From Eledone cirrhosa (Eukaryota): DNA of 64,000 nucleotides. The stretch is from the NCBI GenBank assembly GCA_964016885.1, contig OZ024741.1:100378001-100442000 (forward strand), given 5' to 3'. Each line of letters starts with the position of its first letter. The first letter of the stretch is position 1. Below the pieces are notes generated by a model. That model worked only from the letters and a program-made list of their open reading frames with translations, searched no databases and was not told where the DNA came from. The translations under genes and the position numbers were made by a program. Positions 28,701-43,200 of this stretch are shown piece by piece.

Positions 28701-29248
28701 TACATAGGTGGTGCTTTATGTCCTAGTGTGTTATGTTGTAGTATTTTACATAGGTGGTGCTTTATGTCCTAATGTGTTATGTTGTAGTGTTTAACATAGG
28801 TGGTGCTTTGTGTCCTAGTGTGTTATGTTGTAGTGTTTACATAGGTGGTGCTTTATGTCCTAGTGTGTTATGTTGTAGTATTTTACATAGGTGGTGCTTT
28901 ATGTCCTAGTGTGTTATATTGTAGTGTTTACATAGGTGGTGCTTTATGACCTAGTGTGTTATGTTGTAGTATTTTACATAGGTGGTGCTTTATGTCCTAG
29001 TGTGTTATGTTGTAGTATTTTACATAGGTGGTGCTTTATGTCGTAGTGTGTTATGTTGTAGTAATTTACATAGGTGGTGCTTTATGTCCTAGTGTATTAT
29101 GTTGTAGTGTTTTACATGGGTGGTGCTTTATGTCCTAGTGTGTTATATTGTGGTGTTTGACATAGGTGGTGCTTTATGTCCTAGTGTGTTATGTTGTAGT
29201 GTTTTACATAGGTGGTGCTTTATGTCCTAGTGTGTTATGTTGTAGTGT
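22791..29248. repeat. Tandem block duplication with a 3,217-bp period (70 monomers minus 3 bp)
   Basis: Rare variants share one offset: GTAGTGTAAT 23974/27191, GTGATGCTG 24364/27581 and TCGTAG 25824/29041. I noticed one mismatch between the copies (GTGGTTCTTT at 25491 vs GTGGTGCTTT at 28708). Confidence 0.85.
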
Positions 29249-30795
29249 CTTACATAGGTGGTGCTTTATGTCCTAGTGTGTTATGTTGTAGTGTTTTACA
29301 TAGGTGGTTCTTTATGTCCTAGTGTGTTATGTTGTAGTATTTTACATAGGTGGTGCTTTATGTCCTAGTGTGTTATGTTGTAGTGTTTTACATAGGTGGT
29401 GCTTTATGTCCTAGTGTGTTATGTTGTAGTGTTTTACATAGGTGGTTCTTTATGTCCTAGTGTGTTATGTTGTAGTATATTACATAGGTGGTGCATTATG
29501 TATTAGTGTGTTATGTTGTAGTGTTTTACATATGTGGTGCTTTATGTCCTAGTGTGTTATGTTGTAGTGTTTTACATAGGTGGTGCTTTATGTCCTAGTG
29601 TGTTATGTTGTAGTGTTTTACATAGGTGGTGCTTTATGTCCTAATGTTTTATGTTGTAGTGTTTTACATAGGTGGTGCTTTATGTCCTAGTGTATTATGT
29701 TGTAGTATTTTACATAGGTTGTGCTTTATGTCCTAGTGTGTTATGTTGTAGTATTTTACATAGGGGGTGCTTTATGTCCTAGTGTGTTATTTTGTAGTGT
29801 TTTACATAGGTAGTGCTTTATGTCCTAGTGTGTTATGTTGTAGTGTTTTACATAGGTGGTGCTTTATGTCCTAGTGTGTTATGTTGTAGTGTTTTACATA
29901 GGTGGTGCTTTATGGCCTAGTGTGTTATGTTGTAGTGTTTTACATAGGTAGTGTAATATGTCCTACTGCGTTATGTTGTAGTATTTTACATAGGTGGTGC
30001 TTTATGTCCTAGTGTGTTATGTTGTAGTGTTTTACATGGGTGGTGCTTTATGTCCTAGTGTGTTATATTGTAGTGTTTTACATAGGAGATGCTTTATGTC
30101 CTAGTGTGTTATGTTGTAGTGTTTTACATAGGTGGTGCTCTATGTCCTAGTGTGTTATGTTGTAGTATTTTACATAGGTGGTGCTTTATATCCTAGTGTG
30201 TTATGTTGTAGTATTTTACATAGGTGGTGCTTAATGTCCTAGTGTGTTATGTTGTAGTGTTTTACATAGGTGATGCTTTATGTCCTAGTGTGTTATATTG
30301 TAGTGTTTTACATAGGTGGTGCTTTATGTCCTAGTGTGTTATGTTCTAGTATTTTACATAGGTGGTGCTTTATGTCTTAGTGTGTTATGTTGTAGTGTTT
30401 TACATAGGTGGTGCTTTATGTCCTAGTGTGTTATGTTGTAGTGTTTTACATAGGTAGTGTAATATGTCCTACTGTGTTATGTTGTAGTATTTTACATAGG
30501 TGGTGCTTTATGTCCTAGTGTGTTATGTTGTAGTGTTTTACATGGGTGGTGCTTTATGTCCTAGTGTGTTATATTGTAGTGTTTTACATAGGTGATGCTT
30601 TATGTCCTAGTGTGTTATGTTGTAGTGTTTTACATAGGTGGTGCTCTATGTCCTAGTGTGTTATGTTGTAGTATTTTACATAGGTGGTGCTTTATGTCCT
30701 AGTGTGTTATGTTGTAGTATTTTACATAGGTGGTGCTTAATGTCCTAGTGTGTTATGTTGTAGTGTTTTACATAGGTGATGCTTTATGTCCTAAT

Positions 30796-33700
30796 GTGTT
30801 ATGTTGTAGTGTTTTACATAGGTGGTGCTTTATGTCCTAGTGTGTTATGCTGTAGTGTTTTACATACGTGGTGCTTTATGTCCTAGTGTGTTATGTTGTA
30901 GTGTTTTACATAGGTGGTGCTTTATGTCCTAGTGTGTTATGTTGTAGTATGTTACATAGGTGGTGCTTTATGTCCTAGTGTGTTATGTGGTAGTGTTTTA
31001 CATAGGTGGTGCTTTATGTCCTAGTGTGTTATGTTGTAGTGTTTTACATAGGTGGTGCTTTATGTCCTAGTGTGTTATGTTGTAGTATTTTACATAGGTG
31101 GTGCTTTATGTCCTAGTGTGTTATGTTGTAGTATTTTACATAGGTTGTGCTTTATGTCCTAGTGTGTTATGTTGTAGTATTTTACATAGGGGTGCTTTAT
31201 GTCCTAGTGTGTTATGTTGTAGTGTTTTACATAGGTAGTGCTTTATGTCCTAGTGTGTTATGTTGTAGTGTTTTACATAGGTGGTGCTTTATGTCCTAGT
31301 GTGTTATGTTGTAGTGTTTTACATAGGTGCTGCTTTATGTCCTAGTGTGTTATGTTGTAGTGTTTTAAATAGGTGGTGTTTTATGTCCTAGTGTGTTATG
31401 TTGTAGTGTTTTACATAGGTGGTGCTTTATGTCCTAGTGTGTTATGTTGTAGTGTTTTACATAGGTGGTGCTTTATGTCCTAGTGTGTTATGTTATAGTG
31501 TTTTACATAGGTGGTGCTTTATGTCCTAATGTGTTATGTTGTAGTGTTTTACATAGGTGGTGCTTTATGTCCTAGTGTGTTATGTTGTAGTAGTTTACAT
31601 AGGTTGTGCTTTATGTCCTAGTTTGTTATGTTGTAATATTTTACATAGGGGGTGCTTTATGTCCTAGTGTGTTATTTTGTAGTGTTTTACATAGGTAGTG
31701 CTTTATGTCCTAGTGTGTTATGTTGTAGTGTTTTACATAGGTGGTGCTTTATGTCCTAGTGTGTTATGTTGTAGTATTTTACATAGTTGGTGTTTTATGT
31801 CCTAGTGTGTTATGTTGTAGTGTTTTACATAGGTGGTGCTTTATGTCCTAGTGTGTTATGTTGTAGTGTTTTACATAGGTGGTGCTTTATGTCCTAATGT
31901 GTTATGTTGTAGTGTTTTACATAGATGGTGCTTTATCTCCTAGTGTGTTATGTTGTAGTATTTTACATAGGTTGTGCTTTATGTCCTAGTGTGTTATGTT
32001 GTAGTATTTTACATAGGGGGTGCTTTATATCCTAGTGTGTTATTTTGTAGTGTTTTACATAGGTAGTGCTTTATGTCCTAGTGTGTTATGTTGTAGTGTT
32101 TTACATAGGTGGTGCTTTATGTCCTAGTGTGTTATGTTGTAGTGTTTTACATAGGTGGTGCTTTATGTCCTAGTGTGTTATGTTGTAGTGTTTTACATAG
32201 GTGGTTCTTTATGTCCTAGTGTGTTATGTTGTAGTATTTTACATAGGTGGTGCTTTATGTCTTAGTGTGTTATGTTGTAGTGTTTTATATAGGTGGTGCT
32301 TTATGTCCTAGTGTGTTATGTTGTAGTGTTCTACATAGGTAGTGCTTTATGTCCTAGTGTGTTATGTTGTAGTATCTTACATAGGTGGTGCTTAATGTCC
32401 TAGTGTGTTATATTGTAGTATTTTACATAGGTTGTGCTATATCTCCTAGTGTGTTATGTTGTAGTGTTTTACATAGGTGGTGCTTTATGTCCTAGTGTGT
32501 TATGTTGTAGTGTTTTACATAGGTGGTGCTCTATGTCCTAGTGTGTTATGTTCTAGTATTTTACATAGGTGGTGCTGTATGCCCTAGTGTGTTATGTTCT
32601 AGTATTTTACATAGGTGCTGCTTTATGTCCTAGTGTGTTATGTTGTAGTATTTTACATAGGTGGTGCTTTATGTCCTAATGTGTTATGTTGTAGTGTTTA
32701 ACATAGGTGGTGCTTTGTGTCCTAGTGTGTTATGTTGTAGTGTTTACATAGGTGGTGCTTTATGTCCTATTGGTTTATGTTGTAGTATTTTACATAGGTG
32801 GTGCTTTATGTCCTAGTGTGTTATGTTGTAGTATTTTACATAGGTGGTGCTTTATGTCCTAGTGTGTTATGTTGTAGTAATTTACATAGGTGGTGCTTTA
32901 TGTCCTAGTGTGTTATGTTGTAGTGTTTTACATGGGTGGTGCTTTATGTCCTAGTGTGTTATATTGTGGTGTTTGACATAGGTGGTGCTTTATGTCCTAG
33001 TGTGTTATGTTGTAGTGTTTTACATAGGTGGTGCTTTATGTCCTAGTGTGTTATGTTGTAGTGTTTTACATAGGTGGTGCTTTATGTCCTAGTGTTTTAT
33101 GTTGTAGTGTTTTACATAGGTGGTTCTTTATGTCCTAGTGTGTTATGTTGTAGTATTTTACATAGGTGGTGCTTTATGTCCTAGTGTGTTATGTTGTAGT
33201 GTTTTACATAGGTGGTGCTTTATGTCCTAGTGTGTTATGTTGTAGTGTTTTACATAGGTAGTGCTTTATGTCCTAGTGTGTTATGTTGTAGTATCTTACA
33301 TAGGTGGTGCTTAATGTCCTAGTGTGTTATGTTGTAGTGTTTTACATAGGTGGTGCTTTATGTCCTAGTGTGTTATGTTGTAGTGTTTTACATAGGTGGT
33401 GCTTTATGTCCTAGTGTGTTATGTTGTAGTGTTTTACATAGGTGGTGCTTTATGACCTAGTGTGTTATGTTGTAGTATTTTACATAGGTGGTGTTTTATG
33501 TCCTAGTGTGTTATGTTGTAGTGTTTTACATAGGTGGTGCTTTATGTCCTAGTGTGTTATGTTGTAGTGTTTTACATAGGTGGTTCTTTATGTCCTAGTG
33601 TGTTATGTTGTAGTATTTTACATAGGTGGTGCATTATGTCCTAGTGTGTTATGTTGTAGTGTTTTACATAGGTGGTGCTTTATGTCCTAGTGTGTTATGT

Positions 33701-36700
33701 TGTAGTGTTTTACATAGGTGGTGCTTTATGTCCTAGTGTGTTATGTTGTAGTGTTTTACATAGGTGGTGCTTTATGTCCTAATGTTTTATGTTGTAGTGT
33801 TTTACATAGGTGGTGATTTATGTCCTAGTGTATTATGTTGTAGTATTTTACATAGGTTGTGCTTTATGTCCTAGTGTGTTATGTTGTAGTATTTTACATA
33901 GGGGGTGCTTTATGTCCTAGTGTGTTATTTTGTAGTGTTTTACATAGGTAGTGCTTTATGTCCTAGTGTGTTATGTTGTAGTGTTTTACATAGGTGGTGC
34001 TTTATGTCCTAGTGTGTTATGTTGTAGTGTTTTACATAGGTGGTGCTTTATGTCCTAGTGTGTTATGTTGTAGTGTTTTACATAGGTGGTTCTTTATGTC
34101 CTAGTGTGTTATGTTGTAGTATTTTACATAGGTGGTGCTTTATGTCTTAGTGTGTTATGTTGTAGTGTTTTACATAGGTGGTGCTTTATGTCCTAGTGTG
34201 TTATGTTGTAGTGTTTTACATAGGTAGTGTAATATGTCCTACTGCGTTATGTTGTAGTATTTTACATAGGTGGTGCTTTATGTCCTAGTGTGTTATGTTG
34301 TAGTGTTTTACATGGGTGGTGCTTTATGTCCTAGTGTGTTATATTGTAGTGTTTTACATAGGTGATGCTTTATGTCCTAGTGTGTTATGTTGTAGTGTTT
34401 TACATAGGTGGTGCTCTATGTCCTAGTGTGTTATGTTGTAGTATTTTACATAGGTGGTGCTTTATATCCTAGTGTGTTATGTTGTAGTATTTTACATAGG
34501 TGGTGCTTAATGTCCTAGTGTGTTATGTTGTAGTGTTTTACATAGGTGATGCTTTATGTCCTAGTGTGTTATGTTGTAGTGTTTTACATAGGTGGTGCTT
34601 TATGTCCTAGTGTGTTATGTTCTAGTATTTTACATAGGTGGTGCTGTATGCCCTAGTGTGTTATGTTCTAGTATTTTACATAGGTGGTGCTTTATGTCCT
34701 AGTGTGTTATGTTGTAGTATGTTACATAGGTGGTGCTTTATGTCCTAGTGTGTTATGTGGTAGTGTTTTACATAGGTGGTGCTTTATGTCCTAGTGTGTT
34801 ATGTTGTAGTGTTTTACATAGGTGGTGCTTTATGTCCTAGTGTGTTATGTTGTAGTATTTTACATAGGTGGTGCTTTATGTCCTAGTGTGTTATGTTGTA
34901 GTATTTTACATAGGTTGTGCTTTATGTCCTAGTGTGTTATGTTGTAGTATTTTACATAGGGGTGCTTTATGTCCTAGTGTGTTATGTTGTAGTGTTTTAC
35001 ATAGGTAGTGCTTTATGTCCTAGTGTGTTATGTTGTAGTGTTTTACATAGGTGGTGCTTTATGTCCTAGTGTGTTATGTTGTAGTGTTTTACATATGTGC
35101 TGCTTTATGTCCTAGTGTGTTATGTTGTAGTGTTTTACATAGGTGGTGCTTTATGTCCTAGTGTGTTATGTTGTAGTGTTTTACATAGGTGGTGCTTTAT
35201 GTCCTAGTGTGTTATGTTGTAGTGTTTTACATAGGTGGTGCTTTATGTCCTAGTGTGTTATGTTGTAGTGTTTTACATAGGTGGTGCTTTATGTCCTAAT
35301 GTGTTATGTTGTAGTGTTTTACATAGGTGGTGCTTTATGTCCTAGTGTGTTATGTTGTAGTAGTTTACATAGGTTGTGCTTTATGTCCTAGTGTGTTATG
35401 TTGTAATATTTTACATAGGGGGTGCTTTATGTCCTAGTGTGTTATTTTGTAGTGTTTTACATAGGTAGTGCTTTATGTCCTAGTGTGTTATGTTGTAGTG
35501 TTTTACATAGGTGGTGCTTTATGTCCTAGTGTGTTATGCTGTAGTGTTTTACATACGTGGTGCTTTATGTCCTAGTGTGTTATGTTGTAGTGTTTTACAT
35601 AGGTGGTGCTTTATGTCCTAGTGTGTTATGTTGTAGTATGTTACATAGGTGGTGCTTTATGTCCTAGTGTGTTATGTGGTAGTGTTTTACATAGGTGGTG
35701 CTTTATGTCCTAGTGTGTTATGTTGTAGTGTTTTACATAGGTGGTGCTTTATGTCCTAGTGTGTTATGTTGTAGTATTTTACATAGGTGGTGCTTTATGT
35801 CCTAGTGTGTTATGTTGTAGTATTTTACATAGGTTGTGCTTTATGTCCTAGTGTGTTATGTTGTAGTATTTTACATAGGGGTGCTTTATGTCCTAGTGTG
35901 TTATGTTGTAGTGTTTTACATAGGTAGTGCTTTATGTCCTAGTGTGTTATGTTGTAGTGTTTTACATAGGTGGTGCTTTATGTCCTAGTGTGTTATGTTG
36001 TAGTGTTTTACATAGGTGCTGCTTTATGTCCTAGTGTGTTATGTTGTAGTGTTTTAAATAGGTGGTGTTTTATGTCCTAGTGTGTTATGTTGTAGTGTTT
36101 TACATAGGTGGTGCTTTATGTCCTAGTGTGTTATGTTGTAGTGTTTTACATAGGTGGTGCTTTATGTCCTAGTGTGTTATGTTATAGTGTTTTACATAGG
36201 TGGTGCTTTATGTCCTAATGTGTTATGTTGTAGTGTTTTACATAGGTGGTGCTTTATGTCCTAGTGTGTTATGTTGTAGTAGTTTACATAGGTTGTGCTT
36301 TATGTCCTAGTTTGTTATGTTGTAATATTTTACATAGGGGGTGCTTTATGTCCTAGTGTGTTATTTTGTAGTGTTTTACATAGGTAGTGCTTTATGTCCT
36401 AGTGTGTTATGTTGTAGTGTTTTACATAGGTGGTGCTTTATGTCCTAGTGTGTTATGTTGTAGTATTTTACATAGTTGGTGTTTTATGTCCTAGTGTGTT
36501 ATGTTGTAGTGTTTTACATAGGTGGTGCTTTATGTCCTAGTGTGTTATGTTGTAGTGTTTTACATAGGTGGTGCTTTATGTCCTAATGTGTTATGTTGTA
36601 GTGTTTTACATAGATGGTGCTTTATCTCCTAGTGTGTTATGTTGTAGTATTTTACATAGGTTGTGCTTTATGTCCTAGTGTGTTATGTTGTAGTATTTTA

Positions 36701-39700
36701 CATAGGGGGTGCTTTATATCCTAGTGTGTTATTTTGTAGTGTTTTACATAGGTAGTGCTTTATGTCCTAGTGTGTTATGTTGTAGTGTTTTACATAGGTG
36801 GTGCTTTATGTCCTAGTGTGTTATGTTGTAGTGTTTTACATAGGTGGTGCTTTATGTCCTAGTGTGTTATGTTGTAGTGTTTTACATAGGTGGTTCTTTA
36901 TGTCCTAGTGTGTTATGTTGTAGTATTTTACATAGGTGGTGCTTTATGTCTTAGTGTGTTATGTTGTAGTGTTTTATATAGGTGGTGCTTTATGTCCTAG
37001 TGTGTTATGTTGTAGTGTTCTACATAGGTAGTGCTTTATGTCCTAGTGTGTTATGTTGTAGTATCTTACATAGGTGGTGCTTAATGTCCTAGTGTGTTAT
37101 ATTGTAGTATTTTACATAGGTTGTGCTATATCTCCTAGTGTGTTATGTTGTAGTGTTTTACATAGGTGGTGCTTTATGTCCTAGTGTGTTATGTTGTAGT
37201 GTTTTACATAGGTGGTGCTCTATGTCCTAGTGTGTTATGTTCTAGTATTTTACATAGGTGGTGCTGTATGCCCTAGTGTGTTATGTTCTAGTATTTTACA
37301 TAGGTGCTGCTTTATGTCCTAGTGTGTTATGTTGTAGTATTTTACATAGGTGGTGCTTTATGTCCTAATGTGTTATGTTGTAGTGTTTAACATAGGTGGT
37401 GCTTTGTGTCCTAGTGTGTTATGTTGTAGTGTTTACATAGGTGGTGCTTTATGTCCTATTGGTTTATGTTGTAGTATTTTACATAGGTGGTGCTTTATGT
37501 CCTAGTGTGTTATGTTGTAGTATTTTACATAGGTGGTGCTTTATGTCCTAGTGTGTTATGTTGTAGTAATTTACATAGGTGGTGCTTTATGTCCTAGTGT
37601 GTTATGTTGTAGTGTTTTACATGGGTGGTGCTTTATGTCCTAGTGTGTTATATTGTGGTGTTTGACATAGGTGGTGCTTTATGTCCTAGTGTGTTATGTT
37701 GTAGTGTTTTACATAGGTGGTGCTTTATGTCCTAGTGTGTTATGTTGTAGTGTTTTACATAGGTGGTGCTTTATGTCCTAGTGTTTTATGTTGTAGTGTT
37801 TTACATAGGTGGTTCTTTATGTCCTAGTGTGTTATGTTGTAGTATTTTACATAGGTGGTGCTTTATGTCCTAGTGTGTTATGTTGTAGTGTTTTACATAG
37901 GTGGTGCTTTATGTCCTAGTGTGTTATGTTGTAGTGTTTTACATAGGTAGTGCTTTATGTCCTAGTGTGTTATGTTGTAGTATCTTACATAGGTGGTGCT
38001 TAATGTCCTAGTGTGTTATGTTGTAGTGTTTTACATAGGTGGTGCTTTATGTCCTAGTGTGTTATGTTGTAGTGTTTTACATAGGTGGTGCTTTATGTCC
38101 TAGTGTGTTATGTTGTAGTGTTTTACATAGGTGGTGCTTTATGACCTAGTGTGTTATGTTGTAGTATTTTACATAGGTGGTGTTTTATGTCCTAGTGTGT
38201 TATGTTGTAGTGTTTTACATAGGTGGTGCTTTATGTCCTAGTGTGTTATGTTGTAGTGTTTTACATAGGTGGTTCTTTATGTCCTAGTGTGTTATGTTGT
38301 AGTATTTTACATAGGTGGTGCATTATGTCCTAGTGTGTTATGTTGTAGTGTTTTACATAGGTGGTGCTTTATGTCCTAGTGTGTTATGTTGTAGTGTTTT
38401 ACATAGGTGGTGCTTTATGTCCTAGTGTGTTATGTTGTAGTGTTTTACATAGGTGGTGCTTTATGTCCTAATGTTTTATGTTGTAGTGTTTTACATAGGT
38501 GGTGATTTATGTCCTAGTGTATTATGTTGTAGTATTTTACATAGGTTGTGCTTTATGTCCTAGTGTGTTATGTTGTAGTATTTTACATAGGGGGTGCTTT
38601 ATGTCCTAGTGTGTTATTTTGTAGTGTTTTACATAGGTAGTGCTTTATGTCCTAGTGTGTTATGTTGTAGTGTTTTACATAGGTGGTGCTTTATGTCCTA
38701 GTGTGTTATGTTGTAGTGTTTTACATAGGTGGTGCTTTATGTCCTAGTGTGTTATGTTGTAGTGTTTTACATAGGTGGTTCTTTATGTCCTAGTGTGTTA
38801 TGTTGTAGTATTTTACATAGGTGGTGCTTTATGTCTTAGTGTGTTATGTTGTAGTGTTTTACATAGGTGGTGCTTTATGTCCTAGTGTGTTATGTTGTAG
38901 TGTTTTACATAGGTAGTGTAATATGTCCTACTGCGTTATGTTGTAGTATTTTACATAGGTGGTGCTTTATGTCCTAGTGTGTTATGTTGTAGTGTTTTAC
39001 ATGGGTGGTGCTTTATGTCCTAGTGTGTTATATTGTAGTGTTTTACATAGGTGATGCTTTATGTCCTAGTGTGTTATGTTGTAGTGTTTTACATAGGTGG
39101 TGCTCTATGTCCTAGTGTGTTATGTTGTAGTATTTTACATAGGTGGTGCTTTATATCCTAGTGTGTTATGTTGTAGTATTTTACATAGGTGGTGCTTAAT
39201 GTCCTAGTGTGTTATGTTGTAGTGTTTTACATAGGTGATGCTTTATGTCCTAGTGTGTTATGTTGTAGTGTTTTACATAGGTGGTGCTTTATGTCCTAGT
39301 GTGTTATGTTCTAGTATTTTACATAGGTGGTGCTGTATGCCCTAGTGTGTTATGTTCTAGTATTTTACATAGGTGGTGCTTTATGTCCTAGTGTGTTATG
39401 TTGTAGTATGTTACATAGGTGGTGCTTTATGTCCTAGTGTGTTATGTGGTAGTGTTTTACATAGGTGGTGCTTTATGTCCTAGTGTGTTATGTTGTAGTG
39501 TTTTACATAGGTGGTGCTTTATGTCCTAGTGTGTTATGTTGTAGTATTTTACATAGGTGGTGCTTTATGTCCTAGTGTGTTATGTTGTAGTATTTTACAT
39601 AGGTTGTGCTTTATGTCCTAGTGTGTTATGTTGTAGTATTTTACATAGGGGTGCTTTATGTCCTAGTGTGTTATGTTGTAGTGTTTTACATAGGTAGTGC

Positions 39701-40227
39701 TTTATGTCCTAGTGTGTTATGTTGTAGTGTTTTACATAGGTGGTGCTTTATGTCCTAGTGTGTTATGTTGTAGTGTTTTACATATGTGCTGCTTTATGTC
39801 CTAGTGTGTTATGTTGTAGTGTTTTACATAGGTGGTGCTTTATGTCCTAGTGTGTTATGTTGTAGTGTTTTACATAGGTGGTGCTTTATGTCCTAGTGTG
39901 TTATGTTGTAGTGTTTTACATAGGTGGTGCTTTATGTCCTAGTGTGTTATGTTGTAGTGTTTTACATAGGTGGTGCTTTATGTCCTAATGTGTTATGTTG
40001 TAGTGTTTTACATAGGTGGTGCTTTATGTCCTAGTGTGTTATGTTGTAGTAGTTTACATAGGTTGTGCTTTATGTCCTAGTGTGTTATGTTGTAATATTT
40101 TACATAGGGGGTGCTTTATGTCCTAGTGTGTTATTTTGTAGTGTTTTACATAGGTAGTGCTTTATGTCCTAGTGTGTTATGTTGTAGTGTTTTACATAGG
40201 TGGTGCTTTATGTCCTAGTGTGTTATG
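30796..40227. repeat. Near-perfect tandem block duplication with a 4,689-bp period (102 monomers minus 3 bp)
   Basis: Eight rare markers are all offset by 4,689: ACATACG 30862/35551, TGTTATAG 31491/36180, ACATAGTTGG 31781/36470, CTACAT 32331/37020, GCTATATCTCC 32436/37125, TGGTTTATG 32771/37460, GTAGTGTAAT 34224/38913 and ACATATGTGC 35091/39780. Confidence 0.9.
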
Positions 40228-43200
40228 TTGTAGTGTTTTTCATAGGTGGTGCTTTATGTCCTAATGTGTTATGTTGTAGTGTTTTACATAGGTGGTGCTT
40301 TATGACGTAGTGTGTTATGTTGTAGTATTTTACATAGGGGGTTCTTTATGTCCTAGTGTGTTATGTTGTAGTATTTTACATAGGTGGTGCATTATGTCCT
40401 AGTGTGTTATGTTGTAGTGTTTTACATAGGTGGTGCTTTATGTCCTAGTGTGTTATGTTGTAGTGTTTTACATAGGTGGTGCTTTATGTCCTAGTGTGTT
40501 ATGTTGTAGTGTTTTACATAGGTGGTGCTTTATGTCCTAATGTTTTATGTTGTAGTGTTTTACATAGGTGGTGATTTATGTCCTAGTGTATTATGTTGTA
40601 GTATTTTACATAGGTTGTGCTTTATGTCCTAGTGTGTTATGTTGTAGTATTTTACATAGGGGGTGCTTTATGTCCTAGTGTGTTATTTTGTAGTGTTTTA
40701 CATAGGTAGTGCTTTATGTCCTAGTGTGTTATGTTGTAGTGTTTTACATAGGTGGTGCTTTATGTCCTAGTGTGTTATGTTGTAGTGTTTTACATAGGTG
40801 GTGCTTTATGTCCTAGTGTGTTATGTTGTAGTGTTTTACATAGGTGGTTCTTTATGTCCTAGTGTGTTATGTTGTAGTATTTTACATAGGTGGTGCTTTA
40901 TGTCTTAGTGTGTTATGTTGTAGTGTTTTACATAGGTGGTGCTTTATGTCCTAGTGTGTTATGTTGTAGTGTTTTACATAGGTAGTGTAATATGTCCTAC
41001 TGCGTTATGTTGTAGTATTTTACATAGGTGGTGCTTTATGTCCTAGTGTGTTATGTTGTAGTGTTTTACATGGGTGGTGCTTTATGTCCTAGTGTGTTAT
41101 ATTGTAGTGTTTTACATAGGTGATGCTTTATGTCCTAGTGTGTTATGTTGTAGTGTTTTACATAGGTGGTGCTCTATGTCCTAGTGTGTTATGTTGTAGT
41201 ATTTTACATAGGTGGTGCTTTATATCCTAGTGTGTTATGTTGTAGTATTTTACATAGGTGGTGCTTAATGTCCTAGTGTGTTATGTTGTAGTGTTTTACA
41301 TAGGTGATGCTTTATGTCCTAGTGTGTTATGTTGTAGTGTTTTACATAGGTGGTGCTTTATGTCCTAGTGTGTTATGTTCTAGTATTTTACATAGGTGGT
41401 GCTGTATGCCCTAGTGTGTTATGTTCTAGTATTTTACATAGGTGGTGCTTTATGTCCTAGTGTGTTATGTTGTAGTATGTTACATAGGTGGTGCTTTATG
41501 TCCTAGTGTGTTATGTGGTAGTGTTTTACATAGGTGGTGCTTTATGTCCTAGTGTGTTATGTTGTAGTGTTTTACATAGGTGGTGCTTTATGTCCTAGTG
41601 TGTTATGTTGTAGTATTTTACATAGGTGGTGCTTTATGTCCTAGTGTGTTATGTTGTAGTATTTTACATAGGTTGTGCTTTATGTCCTAGTGTGTTATGT
41701 TGTAGTATTTTACATAGGGGTGCTTTATGTCCTAGTGTGTTATGTTGTAGTGTTTTACATAGGTAGTGCTTTATGTCCTAGTGTGTTATGTTGTAGTGTT
41801 TTACATAGGTGGTGCTTTATGTCCTAGTGTGTTATGTTGTAGTGTTTTACATAGGTGCTGCTTTATGTCCTAGTGTGTTATGTTGTAGTGTTTTACATAG
41901 GTGGTGCTTTATGTCCTAGTGTGTTATGTTGTAGTGTTTTACATAGGTGGTGCTTTATGTCCTAGTGTGTTATGTTGTAGTGTTTTACATAGGTGGTGCT
42001 TTATGTCCTAGTGTGTTATGTTGTAGTGTTTTACATAGGTGGTGCTTTATGTCCTAATGTGTTATGTTGTAGTGTTTTACATAGGTGGTGCTTTATGTCC
42101 TAGTGTGTTATGTTGTAGTAGTTTACATAGGTTGTGCTTTATGTCCTAGTGTGTTATGTTGTAATATTTTACATAGGGGGTGCTTTATGTCCTAGTGTGT
42201 TATTTTGTAGTGTTTTACATAGGTAGTGCTTTATGTCCTAGTGTGTTATGTTGTAGTGTTTTACATAGGTGGTGCTTTATGTCCTAGTGTGTTATGTTGT
42301 AGTGTTTTTCATAGGTGGTGCTTTATGTCCTAATGTGTTATGTTGTAGTGTTTTACATAGGTGGTGCTTTATGACGTAGTGTGTTATGTTGTAGTATTTT
42401 ACATAGGGGGTGCTTTATGTCCTAGTGTGTTATTTTGTAGTGTTTTACATAGGTAGTGCTTTATGTCCTAGTGTGTTATGTTGTAGTGTTTTACATAGGT
42501 GGTGCTTTATGTCCTAGTGTGTTATGTTGTAGTGTTTTACATAGGTGGTGCTTTATGTCCTAGTGTGTTATGTTGTAGTGTTTTACATAGGTGATGCTTT
42601 ATGTCCTAGTGTGTTATGTTGTAGTGTTTTACATAGGTGGTGCTCTATGTCCTAGTGTGTTATGTTGTAGTATTTTACATAGGTGGTGCTTTATATCCTA
42701 GTGTGTTATGTTGTAGTATTTTACATAGGTGGTGCTTAATGTCCTAGTGTGTTATGTTGTAGTGTTTTACATAGGTGATGCTTTATGTCCTAATGTGTTA
42801 TGTTGTAGTGTTTTACATAGGTGGTGCTTTATGTCCTAGTGTGTTATGCTGTAGTGTTTTACATACGTGGTGCTTTATGTCCTAGTGTGTTATGTTGTAG
42901 TGTTTTACATAGGTGGTGCTTTATGTCCTAGTGTGTTATGTTGTAGTATGTTACATAGGTGGTGCTTTATGTCCTAGTGTGTTATGTGGTAGTGTTTTAC
43001 ATAGGTCGTGCTTTATGTCCTAGTGTGTTATGTTGTAGTGTTTTACATAGGTGGTGCTTTATGTCCTAGTGTGTTATGTTGTAGTATTTTACATAGGTGG
43101 TGCTTTATGTCCTAGTGTGTTATGTTGTAGTATTTTACATAGGTTGTGCTTTATGTCCTAGTGTGTTATGTTGTAGTATTTTACATAGGGGTGCTTTATG

